From a virus (lineage: Duplodnaviria; Caudoviricetes), in IMG/VR virus record IMGVR_UViG_3300008450_000050, positions 1-54,678 of that record: a stretch of DNA of 54,678 nt; one strand, written 5' to 3'. The position numbers were made by a program, and so were the translations under genes. This document shows positions 17,437-26,689 of this stretch, one piece after another. The number at the start of each line of letters is the position of its first letter. Position 1 is the first letter of the stretch. The notes beneath the pieces are model-generated. The model was not told the origin of the DNA. It saw nothing but the letters and a program-made list of their open reading frames with translations, and ran no database searches.

Positions 17437-18036
17437 TCACGGCTCCCGTCCAAGCAGGCGATTGATGATGCGGCCCCATCGCGACGTTTCGCTTTTGGGC
17501 GCAGTGAACGTTCCGTCGTTCCGGGTGGGTTCCAACACCGGAGCGGGCTTTGCGCGGGCAGGTGTTGGAACGGCGGCAGACACGCGGTTGCCGGGCGATA
17601 GGAACTGCGCTCGCTCGGAATGCCGGCGCGTTGTCAGCCCCTTGATCGGCCTGCCCTGAACCTTGTTCCAGACAAGGAACTGTTCGGCCGCCGCCTTATA
17701 GTCACCGGCATTCAGCCGCTTGACGAGCGTGCTTTTGCCGAATGCGCCCTTTCCGATATTGAAGGCAAGCGACACCAAAGCATCGAACTGGTTTTGCGTC
17801 AGAGACACGCGCACGCTCTTGCGTACTGCGGCTTCGAACTTCTCCAGATCGCGCGACAGGATCTCGTCGCTCTCCTGCATGGTGATGCGCATGCCGGGCG
17901 TCACAACGGGCGGGCCGGCTGCGGAGGTGTGCCCGACGCCAATCGTCAGGACGCCCGCGCTGCACCGATAGGCGACGAGCTTATTGCCCTCGCGGTCGGC
18001 AATGGCCTTGCGGCCAGCCTTGCTGGTCGTCAGCAT
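17437..18036 (-). CDS. endolysin, GH24 lysozyme
   Basis: EG...AYRCSAGVLTIGVGHT, QNQFDALVSLAFNIG, GLTTRR. Confidence 0.93.
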   Translation of the reverse strand: MLTTSKAGRKAIADREGNKLVAYRCSAGVLTIGVGHTSAAGPPVVTPGMRITMQESDEILSRDLEKFEAAVRKSVRVSLTQNQFDALVSLAFNIGKGAFGKSTLVKRLNAGDYKAAAEQFLVWNKVQGRPIKGLTTRRHSERAQFLSPGNRVSAAVPTPARAKPAPVLEPTRNDGTFTAPKSETSRWGRIINRLLGREP

Positions 18037-18048
18037 GTATTACCTCAT

Positions 18049-18411
18049 TCAGCCTGATGGGGGAGGAACGGCGAGGCAGCGCGCGTTGGTCTTCGGCCCC
18101 TTGCGCCAGTCAACGCCGTCGTGCTCGCACTGGCAGAGGTGGATTGCGCCATCAGTTGACCAAGCGGTGCGCTCGATCTCTTGGCCCGATGCAACAACGC
18201 GATAGCGCGTCATGGTGTCGTCAAGCGCTTCGACCTCGCCGGCTTTGACGCGCCTACAGCACCCCGTCGTCCAGCAACACGTCGGCGGGAGAAACGCGCC
18301 GTAGAACGCGCGATAGGCTGGAGAGCCGGGCACCTGATCGGGGTCGTCAGCGCGCACGGCTTCGCTCCCCGCTGCTATGATGAGCAGCAGGCTCAGGAAT
18401 GCGAGTTTCAT
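18049..18411 (-). CDS. secreted Cys-rich protein
   Basis: Signal peptide; CCWTTGCC...CQC...C. Confidence 0.7.
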   Translation of the reverse strand: MKLAFLSLLLIIAAGSEAVRADDPDQVPGSPAYRAFYGAFLPPTCCWTTGCCRRVKAGEVEALDDTMTRYRVVASGQEIERTAWSTDGAIHLCQCEHDGVDWRKGPKTNARCLAVPPPSG

Positions 18412-18436
18412 GGGGATGCCTCTGGGGCTAAGTGGG

Positions 18437-19699
18437 CTAGGCGGTCTTTCTGACGATGCAGGACTTCCACTTGACCGTGCCAGACCACGCGCCGGCAGCA
18501 GCGGGGACGATCAAAAGGCGCGGCCTAACCAGCGTTGGGGCCGCCGTCATGAGGCGCGGAACAGGCCTGAGAACCCCAGCAAACGCCAAAGTCGGCCCCG
18601 CGTTAGATATCGACCCCCCGTCGAAATCATCGTAGGTTGTGCCAGAAATTGTAGTGCGAAGATCTGCTTGGATGGCGCCAACATTTGTAGTCGCACCGGC
18701 ATCCACTTCTGCCACAAGCTCAAGCGTATCGCCCGCCTGAATTGTGGCAAGCTCTGGTGCTGTCAGATCGCGGAATAAGACCAGCGCGTTACCTCCGGCC
18801 GTTGCCGTCCCGGAAAACGTAATTTCAGCACCGGTCGCCTGAGTGATGGAAACCGTCCCCCCTACCGCTGTTGGGGAAAAAGTCCAGCCGTCTGGGGTCG
18901 ACCCCGTAGCGGGGGCGGTCGTGGTGCCGCCTGTCCCAGCCAGCATGGGGTTCGCGTGAAGTGAGCCGCGCGTATTGTATGTGGCCGAAAACAACTCGCC
19001 GTTTGATTTTGGAGAAACGCCAGTAGGAGACCACCCCGAATCGGCTAGAGCTTGAGCGATTGCTTGCCCGTAAATCTGCGTCCCAAGGTGGTTGAGATGA
19101 ATACGCGGGATGCCGTTATCCATGAAACCGGTCAGAGATTCATATGTCGCCAGCGTTCGGTCGATGAAAGACGCGGTAGGATCGACAAGAATGCAATTCT
19201 TGTATCTTTGGACATACCCCCGAGTATAATCGGCAAGGTAAGCCATCTGACTTTGAATTGTGGACGTATCTCCGAGGGTAGGCTGTGGGATACCGACGAT
19301 TGGGGCAATCCCATGGTCCAAAAGTGTATTTATGATTGTTTCAATATTGGCGGTCGTGGTCGCCCAAGGCACACCAGACCTCACGTCGTTAGTTCCAATG
19401 ATGGTTAGGCACCCTTTGGGCTTAACCGGCAGCGCAAGGACCTGCGAGAGTTGGGTCAGCATGTCGTTGCTATTTGCGCCGGAAACAGCGCGGCTGTAGC
19501 TTTGAGGGCAATACGCTCGGCCCCGCGCCACAATGTTCATGGCGTTAGCGACGCCGGCCCATGTCCGGTTAGTGCCGGCCGCAGTATTTGACTCGTCTCC
19601 ACGCGCGATAGTTGACGATCCAATCGTAGCAATGAGCGGCGGTGCGCCTGTCAAGTTCGCAACCTGACGACGCCCGAACGGAGCATTGAGAATAGCCAT
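18437..19699 (-). CDS. SGNH/GDSL hydrolase-domain protein (likely virion esterase)
   Basis: IGSST, AVSG, IGTND and IHLN blocks; beta-rich C-terminal domain. Confidence 0.82.
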   Translation of the reverse strand: MAILNAPFGRRQVANLTGAPPLIATIGSSTIARGDESNTAAGTNRTWAGVANAMNIVARGRAYCPQSYSRAVSGANSNDMLTQLSQVLALPVKPKGCLTIIGTNDVRSGVPWATTTANIETIINTLLDHGIAPIVGIPQPTLGDTSTIQSQMAYLADYTRGYVQRYKNCILVDPTASFIDRTLATYESLTGFMDNGIPRIHLNHLGTQIYGQAIAQALADSGWSPTGVSPKSNGELFSATYNTRGSLHANPMLAGTGGTTTAPATGSTPDGWTFSPTAVGGTVSITQATGAEITFSGTATAGGNALVLFRDLTAPELATIQAGDTLELVAEVDAGATTNVGAIQADLRTTISGTTYDDFDGGSISNAGPTLAFAGVLRPVPRLMTAAPTLVRPRLLIVPAAAGAWSGTVKWKSCIVRKTA

Positions 19700-19833
19700 A
19701 TCAGCCCTCCATCACGCAGAGGGTGGTGCCGAGGGTGGAGATGCGGTCATTCATGGCTGATGGCCTTTCGGACATGGCTGGAAGCCCCGTGCGCCTGAGC
19801 GGCGGGGTTAGGGGGCTTGGCGAAGAAGAGGGG

Positions 19834-20166
19834 TTAGGCGACGGTGGCCGAGAGCGCGGCGATGGACTCGCCCCGACGCAGCTCCACGATGAAGCCGCCG
19901 TCCTCTACGATGAGGAGGCTGTTAGCAGCGGTCGCGGTGGGGGTGCTCTGCCCCTTGGTCATGTAAGCCTGCCCGCCGATGGCGCGGACGAAGACCGTTA
20001 CGCGATCCGTCGCCGGGCCGAACACGACGGCAGACGTGCCAGACAGGGTTGTCGTGGTGTTGCTCGACCCGATGGTATCCACCGTCGAATTGTCGGTGTC
20101 GTCAGGGGCGCCGTTGACGGTGCGGGTGCGGTCAAAGACCAGTTCTTCGCAGCGGATGGAAGGCAT
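19834..20166 (-). CDS. small beta-rich putative virion protein
   Basis: AAGGA RBS; Thr/Val-rich. Confidence 0.65.
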   Translation of the reverse strand: MPSIRCEELVFDRTRTVNGAPDDTDNSTVDTIGSSNTTTTLSGTSAVVFGPATDRVTVFVRAIGGQAYMTKGQSTPTATAANSLLIVEDGGFIVELRRGESIAALSATVA

Positions 20167-20189
20167 GATGTCCGGTCCTTTCGGGCATT

Positions 20190-20216
20190 AAAAAAGCCGC
20201 CCTGGTCAGGGGCGGC
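20190..20216 (-). terminator. intrinsic terminator
   Basis: GCCGCCC-CTGACCA-GGGCGGC followed by T run. Confidence 0.85.
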
Positions 20217-20246
20217 ATGGGATGGGCTTGGCGATGGGTTGAGGCT

Positions 20247-20573
20247 CTAGGCCCCGTCGTCTTCACACTCACAGGCATGCTCGGCGTCGGCTGCGGCGCT
20301 ATCGATGATGACGACCTTGGCGCGCTCCAGGAGGCCAAGGGCGAACTCGGCAGAGCCGTTGTTACAGGCGACGTAGAGACGGCCGTCTTCAAAGATGCCG
20401 GCGATCACGACCGTCTTGATCCCCAGATCTCGGGCGCCCATGAGAACGCGATCAACGCCGTGCTCGGCATCATCCCAGACGGGAGTGCCGGGGCCGTCGA
20501 TGTCCGTACCGGCGACAACCTTCATCTGCCCTTTGACGCTGCGGATGGTGACGATGTTGCTGGTGTCGGACAT
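20247..20573 (-). CDS. hypothetical protein
   Basis: GGAG RBS; between promoter element and terminator. Confidence 0.65.
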   Translation of the reverse strand: MSDTSNIVTIRSVKGQMKVVAGTDIDGPGTPVWDDAEHGVDRVLMGARDLGIKTVVIAGIFEDGRLYVACNNGSAEFALGLLERAKVVIIDSAAADAEHACECEDDGA

Positions 20574-20670
20574 GGGATGCTCCGATGCGACGCGCGCTCA
20601 GCCCTGCCTGAAAAGGCTTGGCGATCAAGAGCGGCAATGTCGGGAAGCGGACAGGCCCGGCGGCAACTGT

Positions 20671-20711
20671 CCACGCTGCACATTAGTAGCGGAGAATGGG
20701 CCGGCGGTCTA
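20671..20711 (-). promoter_or_regulatory. conserved late-promoter element, copy 3
   Basis: TAGACC-N17-TACTAA-TGTGCAGCGTGG. Confidence 0.7.
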
Positions 20712-20823
20712 GATGTTGTGGGCCTAGAAGGGCGCCTGACTGGATTATCCGCGCCCTTGGCTGATCTGACCGTGGCGTAAATCACCGCCTTGTGGTTGAG
20801 TATCGCAAATCAGGAGGTGAGCG

Positions 20824-21240
20824 ATGCGGGCTGTATTGATTGTGCTGGTGGGGCTGGGGTTGGCGGGATGCGTCGCCCGCGCAGAGGACCAGGCCGCATG
20901 GCGAGGTCGCCCGGTTTCCGATCTACAACTTCACCCCGTCTTCGCGACGATGAAGCTCGTTCGCACGCGCGCCGACGACGGAACAGAACTGTGGAACTTC
21001 GTGAATGGCCGGCAGGTGTCGTCCTGTTCCGGCGATGGCATTGTGTTCGGCGGCTATCTATCCACCGTCCAATATTCGCAATTCACGTCCTGCATGAGCG
21101 GGCAGGCCGCGTGTAACAACATCTTCTACGTCAAGGGCGGGCGTGTCTTGGACTATGTTCCGACAGGCTCCGGCGGCGCCGGCTGCTACACCGATGACCG
21201 AACCCGGCCCGGCTTCCGTGGCGCGACGAACTTCTTCTGA
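20824..21240 (+). CDS. lipoprotein (moron)
   Basis: LGLAGC lipobox; AGGAGG RBS. Confidence 0.8.
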   Translation: MRAVLIVLVGLGLAGCVARAEDQAAWRGRPVSDLQLHPVFATMKLVRTRADDGTELWNFVNGRQVSSCSGDGIVFGGYLSTVQYSQFTSCMSGQAACNNIFYVKGGRVLDYVPTGSGGAGCYTDDRTRPGFRGATNFF

Positions 21241-21455
21241 TGCGCGCCTCGATCCTCTTTCTTGCTCTAGCGTTGTCCGCCTGCGGCAAGCCGTTGCCCG
21301 TGCCTAGCGCTTATACGGCGTCACCGCCCGTCGTTGGCGAACCACTGAGCGCCGACGAACTAGACCTGCAAAACCGGGTCGCATGCAACCTCAGAGGGCT
21401 AACGGTGGATAACCCTAAGTTTGAAGCGTGCCTGCGCGAAGAGGCGGGGCTTTGA
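21240..21455 (+). CDS. small lipoprotein
   Basis: ALSAC lipobox; TGATG coupling. Confidence 0.75.
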   Translation: MRASILFLALALSACGKPLPVPSAYTASPPVVGEPLSADELDLQNRVACNLRGLTVDNPKFEACLREEAGL

Positions 21456-21694
21456 TGGTCGATTTTGACGCGATGAAATCACAGGAGCGGGAAGAGCGCA
21501 TCGCCTATGAAAAGAGATCAACCCGGAGGAAAGAGGTGGCCGGCCTGCTCTTGTTTGTTATCCCTGGCGCACTCCACTGGTCAGGACATGGGGAGCTAGC
21601 CCCTTATGCGTTCACCGCGATGGCGGTCTATCTCCTATCCATCATAGTTGACGACCATGTCCACCGGCTCAACAAACGGATCGATGACCTTTGA
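21455..21694 (+). CDS. two-TM membrane protein
   Basis: Coupled ATG; two hydrophobic segments. Confidence 0.6.
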   Translation: MVDFDAMKSQEREERIAYEKRSTRRKEVAGLLLFVIPGALHWSGHGELAPYAFTAMAVYLLSIIVDDHVHRLNKRIDDL

Positions 21695-21738
21695 AGCGCG
21701 CAGCGTTGACGGCAACGTTGGCCGCAGGGCTCCTCCTG

Positions 21739-23883
21739 TTACCGGACCCCTACGGGTTTGGGCTCCTGCTCTTCGGCGGCTACTGGCACTTGGCCGCCAA
21801 GAACGCCCGACCTGACCGGTATTTGCGCTGGTAGGCCGCTCAGAGACGATGCCTGCGCAGCGCGGTCTGCGATGTCGTCAATCAGCCCCATGAATTGCTT
21901 TGACTTTGAAGCGGCGCGAACAACGTTGGCGATTTTCGCCGGATCGCCGGAGGCAAGGATTTCCGCGATTTGGCGCTGCATGTTGGCATTGATGGCGTTC
22001 TGCCCTTTACGCAGGCCGGCGCCAGCAATAGCGCCTGCTGTGGCGCCTTCCCATCCGCCTTGCTGGTAGCCAACAGCACCGCCCGCGCTGCCGGCCAAGC
22101 CCATTTCCATAATCTGCCGCGCCGTGGTTGAGTTGCCCATGGCGTTCTTTAACAACATCATGGCCTGCTCAGCCTTGTAGGCGGCTTCGAACTGGCTCGT
22201 CTGCTCTTTGCCTAGCGCCATTTCCATGCGCTGCCGGGCGGCCGGGCTGTTGAAGACCGCCTTCGTCACGTCGCGGTTGTCGCCTATCTCCTGCAACTGG
22301 GCGGCGAGCTTGGAGCGGAAGCCCTCAGCGAACAAGGCACGCTCTTCCGGCTTCATTTTCGCCAGGGCCTTCAACGCATCGTTATTCGCCATCTTGGACG
22401 AGACGAAGTTCTGCCCGGCTTCCAGCGCATCCTCGGCTTGGAACGCGCGGTGCGCGCCGCTACGGGCCGCCCCAAAGGACGGAACGGCGGTGTCTAGCTC
22501 TTCGAGGATCTGCCTTTTGAGCGCAGTAAGGTCCTTGACTGCGACATCATCGCCGCTGCGCTGGGCCTTGCCGATTTGCGACGCTAGATCGCGCTGGACC
22601 TCATCCCAAAAGCGGAGGTTCGGGACCGGGACCGAGCCGTCAGGCGCCTTGCGGAGGACAAGATTGCCGGCATCGTCAACGCCGAACGGCGTGCGAACGG
22701 GCGGGAGCCCTTCGGCCACCGTACGGTTCGCCCCCGTTTTGATCGCGCCCTTGAATGCGTCCTGCACCGCCGGGGCCTGCGCCAAAGCAGACAGTCGGTC
22801 AGTCCATAGACCAACCTCGCCGTCAGCATAGGCTTGCCGGTAAGCAGGAGCGTTGGCCTTGCGAGCCGCAGCCTGTAGCTCGTCAAGCGTTTTGGCCGCA
22901 TTGGTGGGGCCGACTGCGCGCAACGTATCAACGAGGCGGTCAGCCTGCGTCAGAAACCGGTCCTGCGTGGCGTTTGTAAGTGCTTCGCGGCCTTCCGGCG
23001 ACTGGTTCGCGGCAGAGCGGGCAAGCGCTCGCACAGTTTCCCCGCCGGAGTCGCCCAAGACAGCCGGGGCACCGGTAGACTGCATGGAGCGCAACGCGGC
23101 GGCGGGGTCCGTCACGCCGTCTCGGGCGAAGGCATCATCAACCCTTCGAAGAGCTTCGCGCTCAGGATTGAGCCCCGCCTTCACAGTGTTCACGACAGGT
23201 GACGCAGCGCCCGCGATGGCCCGCCCGCCCGCGTCAAGGGCCTTGCCGGCCAGTTGCACAGCGCCGGGCGCGACGGCGCCAAGCGCAGTTCCCACGGCCC
23301 CTGTTTTGACGGCTTCCTGCATTTTCTCCGCGACGCCGCCGTCAGATTCAACAGCGCCTGTGATCGCGCCATAAATGCCGCCGGTCAGGCCCGCGTTGAT
23401 CGAGTCAGCGCCAAGAGCGCCGAGCCTTCCGCCTTCCTTTACGGCTTGAACGGTCGGAGTGACAGCGGCCGTGGCCACAAGGCCCGCCCCTTGCCCCGTG
23501 AGACGCGAGCCGGGCATGACGAGGCTGTCAGCCGTGTCGATCGCGCGCTGGCGCTCTAGGTTGTCGCTATAACGGTCGCCAAAGTCTTCGCCCTTGCCGA
23601 TGCCGAGCGCGGCATCGCCCGCCGCTGCAATCTTGGCCATGCCGGGGACCCACGACGCCACGCCGCGCGCATAGGCGTCCAGACGGCCCATTGGGGAGGT
23701 CTTGTCCTGATCGTAGCGCATGCGGATGGCATCAGCGAGGTATTCGCTCTGCCGCGCATCCGTCTCGGCGCCCTCACGCTGCTCCCTGGTGCCGAAGCCA
23801 GCGGGCGGGATGAGGTCATCAAACATGCCCCCCGGCGCCGCAGTAGGGGCCGCCGGGATCAGGTCGTCAAACATATTTGCCAT
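21739..23883 (-). CDS. DNA ejection / internal virion protein
   Basis: 714 aa, Ala/Gly-rich, NMFDDLIP repeat; position at end of tail block. Confidence 0.75.
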   Translation of the reverse strand: MANMFDDLIPAAPTAAPGGMFDDLIPPAGFGTREQREGAETDARQSEYLADAIRMRYDQDKTSPMGRLDAYARGVASWVPGMAKIAAAGDAALGIGKGEDFGDRYSDNLERQRAIDTADSLVMPGSRLTGQGAGLVATAAVTPTVQAVKEGGRLGALGADSINAGLTGGIYGAITGAVESDGGVAEKMQEAVKTGAVGTALGAVAPGAVQLAGKALDAGGRAIAGAASPVVNTVKAGLNPEREALRRVDDAFARDGVTDPAAALRSMQSTGAPAVLGDSGGETVRALARSAANQSPEGREALTNATQDRFLTQADRLVDTLRAVGPTNAAKTLDELQAAARKANAPAYRQAYADGEVGLWTDRLSALAQAPAVQDAFKGAIKTGANRTVAEGLPPVRTPFGVDDAGNLVLRKAPDGSVPVPNLRFWDEVQRDLASQIGKAQRSGDDVAVKDLTALKRQILEELDTAVPSFGAARSGAHRAFQAEDALEAGQNFVSSKMANNDALKALAKMKPEERALFAEGFRSKLAAQLQEIGDNRDVTKAVFNSPAARQRMEMALGKEQTSQFEAAYKAEQAMMLLKNAMGNSTTARQIMEMGLAGSAGGAVGYQQGGWEGATAGAIAGAGLRKGQNAINANMQRQIAEILASGDPAKIANVVRAASKSKQFMGLIDDIADRAAQASSLSGLPAQIPVRSGVLGGQVPVAAEEQEPKPVGVR

Positions 23884-23894
23884 GTCGCCTGTCC

Positions 23895-26687
23895 TTAGAG
23901 CCCGGTCGGGTCAATGCCAGCGTCGCGAAGCCGCTTCACAACGGCGTCCTTTGGGGCGCCGCGAGCGATTGCCGCGCGGGCGTCCGCCAGAACGTCAGAT
24001 GCGCCGGGCGCCTTTTTGTCGGAAGCCTTCTCTTCAAGGCCGGTAGATTCCGGGAGCTTATATCCGCTACCCGCCGCGCCCATCATGCTACGGATCGCGT
24101 TCTGGCGACTTTTGCGCTTCTGCTCGATGATCTCCGGCCCCTCGCCCGGAACGGGGAAGTATTTCCGCTCCTCTCGGGCAAACTCTTGGTCGCCAATCAC
24201 CGCGCCGGATTCCTTGCGAAGGACCGCCGTGATGAAGTTTTCCTTGGCTTGGTTGTATTTCTGGCGGTCCTTGCTGATCACCAGATTGTTGACGCCGAAC
24301 GGCAGGTTGTTAAGAGCTGCCTGCGTCTTATCCGTCCCAATGGCCTCAATAGGCGCAACGATTGTCTCAGCCTCAGCCATTCGCGTTGCAAAGCCGGCAG
24401 ACTTGCTCTGGTCCTCGGTCGGCTTACCCGGAAGGGCATATGGGTTAGTCGGACCAGCGCCGACGTTGTTACCCCCGGCAGGTGCCTTCAAGGGGATAAA
24501 CGTCCCCGATGCGCCGTCCCACTGCAAGGCCACCTCGGAACCGTCAGGCTGCTTGACGACCTGCACCTTGGGCGGGTCCACCTGGCTCAAGGCGCGACGC
24601 TTGCTTTCGACATCGAGTTGCTTCGCTTCGCGGTCGAGCGGGTCGCCAAGCTCTTTCAGACGATTCTCGCGGCGGGTGATTTCGAACTTGACCTGCTCGC
24701 GCATCTTGTCGCTTGGCGCGGCGCGGTACATCCGCTCAAAGTTGGCAATCTCAGCCCTCACGCGCTGGCGCTCGGCGTCGGCCGCCGGGGCGGGCGGGGC
24801 CTGAGTTTCGCCGCCAGTCTGCGCCTGCGGAGTTACCGGAGCGCCGGAGGGAGCGGGTGTGCCGGCCGCCGTGACGGGGGGCGATGCGGATGGCTGCGAT
24901 GGCGCGGCTCCCGCCCCGGCTCCGCTACCGTAAAGCTGCTTCGTAAACGCCGCCTCATCGGCCTGCGCTTTCATCGCGCGCATCTGATCAAGGTAGCCAG
25001 CGGCTGTCTTAGGGTCGATTGAAAGAACAGGAATGTCAGCCTCCGGCACGCCCGCGCGCCGCAGCAACAAGGCCGTGGCGTTGACCTGCCCCGCCGTCTT
25101 CTGGCGATCCTGGCTCGCAACCGTCAGCGCGTTGAACGCCTGCCCGAAATTCTGCAATGGGCGGCCCTTGGGGCTCGAAAGGAGCGACGAGCCCAGCGCC
25201 ATGAAGAAATCCGACATCGTGTCCGACATCTTCCACCCGCCGCCGCTCGCGGGGGCCGCAGTCGCGCCGCCAGACGCGCTCTGCACGGGCGCGGAGCCCG
25301 CCGCAGGTGCATCGCCCGCCGCAGCCGGGGCAACGCTACCAGTGGCCGCCTGTGGGGCTTCCTGACCGCCTCCGAGCATAGAGAACGGCCCGCCGCGCGA
25401 TGCCTCCATAGCCGCGAACTGGCGAGCCCCGCCGTCAGGGGCGTTGGACAAGTCTTCCTGCATGACGGGGTTCAAGGCTCGGCCTCCTGTGGTCGATACG
25501 GTCGCAGAACGGACGGCCGGGTTGTCGGCGCGGTTGTCGCGGGCGATAGCTGTTGAACGAGCACCGCCAGTACGGGCGCCGGCCACCATGTCGCGGGCGG
25601 TCGGCTCGGGTGCGCGGGGAAGCGCACGCGGGCCGTCCTGATAGGTGAATGCCGGATCGATAGCGCCGGGGATAGCGTTGAAATTGGAGAGCGGGGCTTG
25701 GCCGCCGGGGATCGCCCGCTTGGGGCTGAGCAGATCGCCAAGCAAGCCGGGTCGCTCGGCCTGCGTCGTGTCCACGTTCTGGACGTTGGGCAGGCGGCTT
25801 CCGTCGAAGCCATCACTCGGCAAGCGCTGCGCTCCGATAGAGGCCATGCGGTCCTCATAGGGCTGCGGTGCGCGGCCTGCGTTCGCTGTGGGGGCGAAAG
25901 CAGACGCCCCACTCTCAATCTTAGAAATGAATTTCTGCGCGAACTGACTGCCGGTCAGGCCCGCGCCGCCATTCAGGCGGGCGGCCTCCGAGCCGACAAG
26001 GCTTTCCATCGGCGCATCGGGGTTGGACAGGATTTTGATGGCCCCGCCAGCGCCCTGCTGATGCGCCAGGTACAGCTCGCCATCGGTCGGATCACGGCCA
26101 AGGGCGTTTTTCAGCGTGGCAGCATTGTCGCGGGCAAGCCGGGCCGCCGCGTCGGTCGCCTGCACAGGATCGAAGCGGTTCGTGAGGTTGTAGTCACGCG
26201 CCGTGCCATTGATGAACTGAAACAAGCCGCCAGCCGAGGATCGCGGGTTCTGCGCGTTCGGATCATACCGACTTTCCACCGCCGCTGTGCGGTCAAGATA
26301 CCGGGGCGAGATGCCGTATTCGGTGGCCTTTTCGACGAAGAGGGGGGCGAAGGGCGTCGCGCGAATGCCGGCCTCGGGTGCGACGGCGGGGGCGGGCGCC
26401 ATTTCTGTCTTGGGGGGGGCGAGCCCGATCATCGGTTTGGGGTCGAACGCCTCCGCCAGAAGGCCGGGGGGCGCAATCGTGCCAGTGTCCGTATGATCCG
26501 CCCCGCCCGCGTCCGTCAGGTCGGTCGGCGTCGTCTCCGACGTGGCCGCCTGAAAGTCGGATAGAGAGCCCGTGTTCCCCTCAGACAACCATGAAGAATA
26601 GGCGTTCTGAATGTCGAGATCGACAGGCTCAATGCCGCCGAGGTCAAGCGAGGAGAAATCGATGAGGCCGGCGACTTCGGGCTCCAC
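23895..26687 (-). CDS. internal virion protein with lytic transglycosylase domain
   Basis: VESRYDPNAQNPRSSAGGLFQF...LYLAHQQG lysozyme-fold motifs. Confidence 0.82.
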   Translation of the reverse strand: MEPEVAGLIDFSSLDLGGIEPVDLDIQNAYSSWLSEGNTGSLSDFQAATSETTPTDLTDAGGADHTDTGTIAPPGLLAEAFDPKPMIGLAPPKTEMAPAPAVAPEAGIRATPFAPLFVEKATEYGISPRYLDRTAAVESRYDPNAQNPRSSAGGLFQFINGTARDYNLTNRFDPVQATDAAARLARDNAATLKNALGRDPTDGELYLAHQQGAGGAIKILSNPDAPMESLVGSEAARLNGGAGLTGSQFAQKFISKIESGASAFAPTANAGRAPQPYEDRMASIGAQRLPSDGFDGSRLPNVQNVDTTQAERPGLLGDLLSPKRAIPGGQAPLSNFNAIPGAIDPAFTYQDGPRALPRAPEPTARDMVAGARTGGARSTAIARDNRADNPAVRSATVSTTGGRALNPVMQEDLSNAPDGGARQFAAMEASRGGPFSMLGGGQEAPQAATGSVAPAAAGDAPAAGSAPVQSASGGATAAPASGGGWKMSDTMSDFFMALGSSLLSSPKGRPLQNFGQAFNALTVASQDRQKTAGQVNATALLLRRAGVPEADIPVLSIDPKTAAGYLDQMRAMKAQADEAAFTKQLYGSGAGAGAAPSQPSASPPVTAAGTPAPSGAPVTPQAQTGGETQAPPAPAADAERQRVRAEIANFERMYRAAPSDKMREQVKFEITRRENRLKELGDPLDREAKQLDVESKRRALSQVDPPKVQVVKQPDGSEVALQWDGASGTFIPLKAPAGGNNVGAGPTNPYALPGKPTEDQSKSAGFATRMAEAETIVAPIEAIGTDKTQAALNNLPFGVNNLVISKDRQKYNQAKENFITAVLRKESGAVIGDQEFAREERKYFPVPGEGPEIIEQKRKSRQNAIRSMMGAAGSGYKLPESTGLEEKASDKKAPGASDVLADARAAIARGAPKDAVVKRLRDAGIDPTGL

Positions 26688-26689
26688 GA

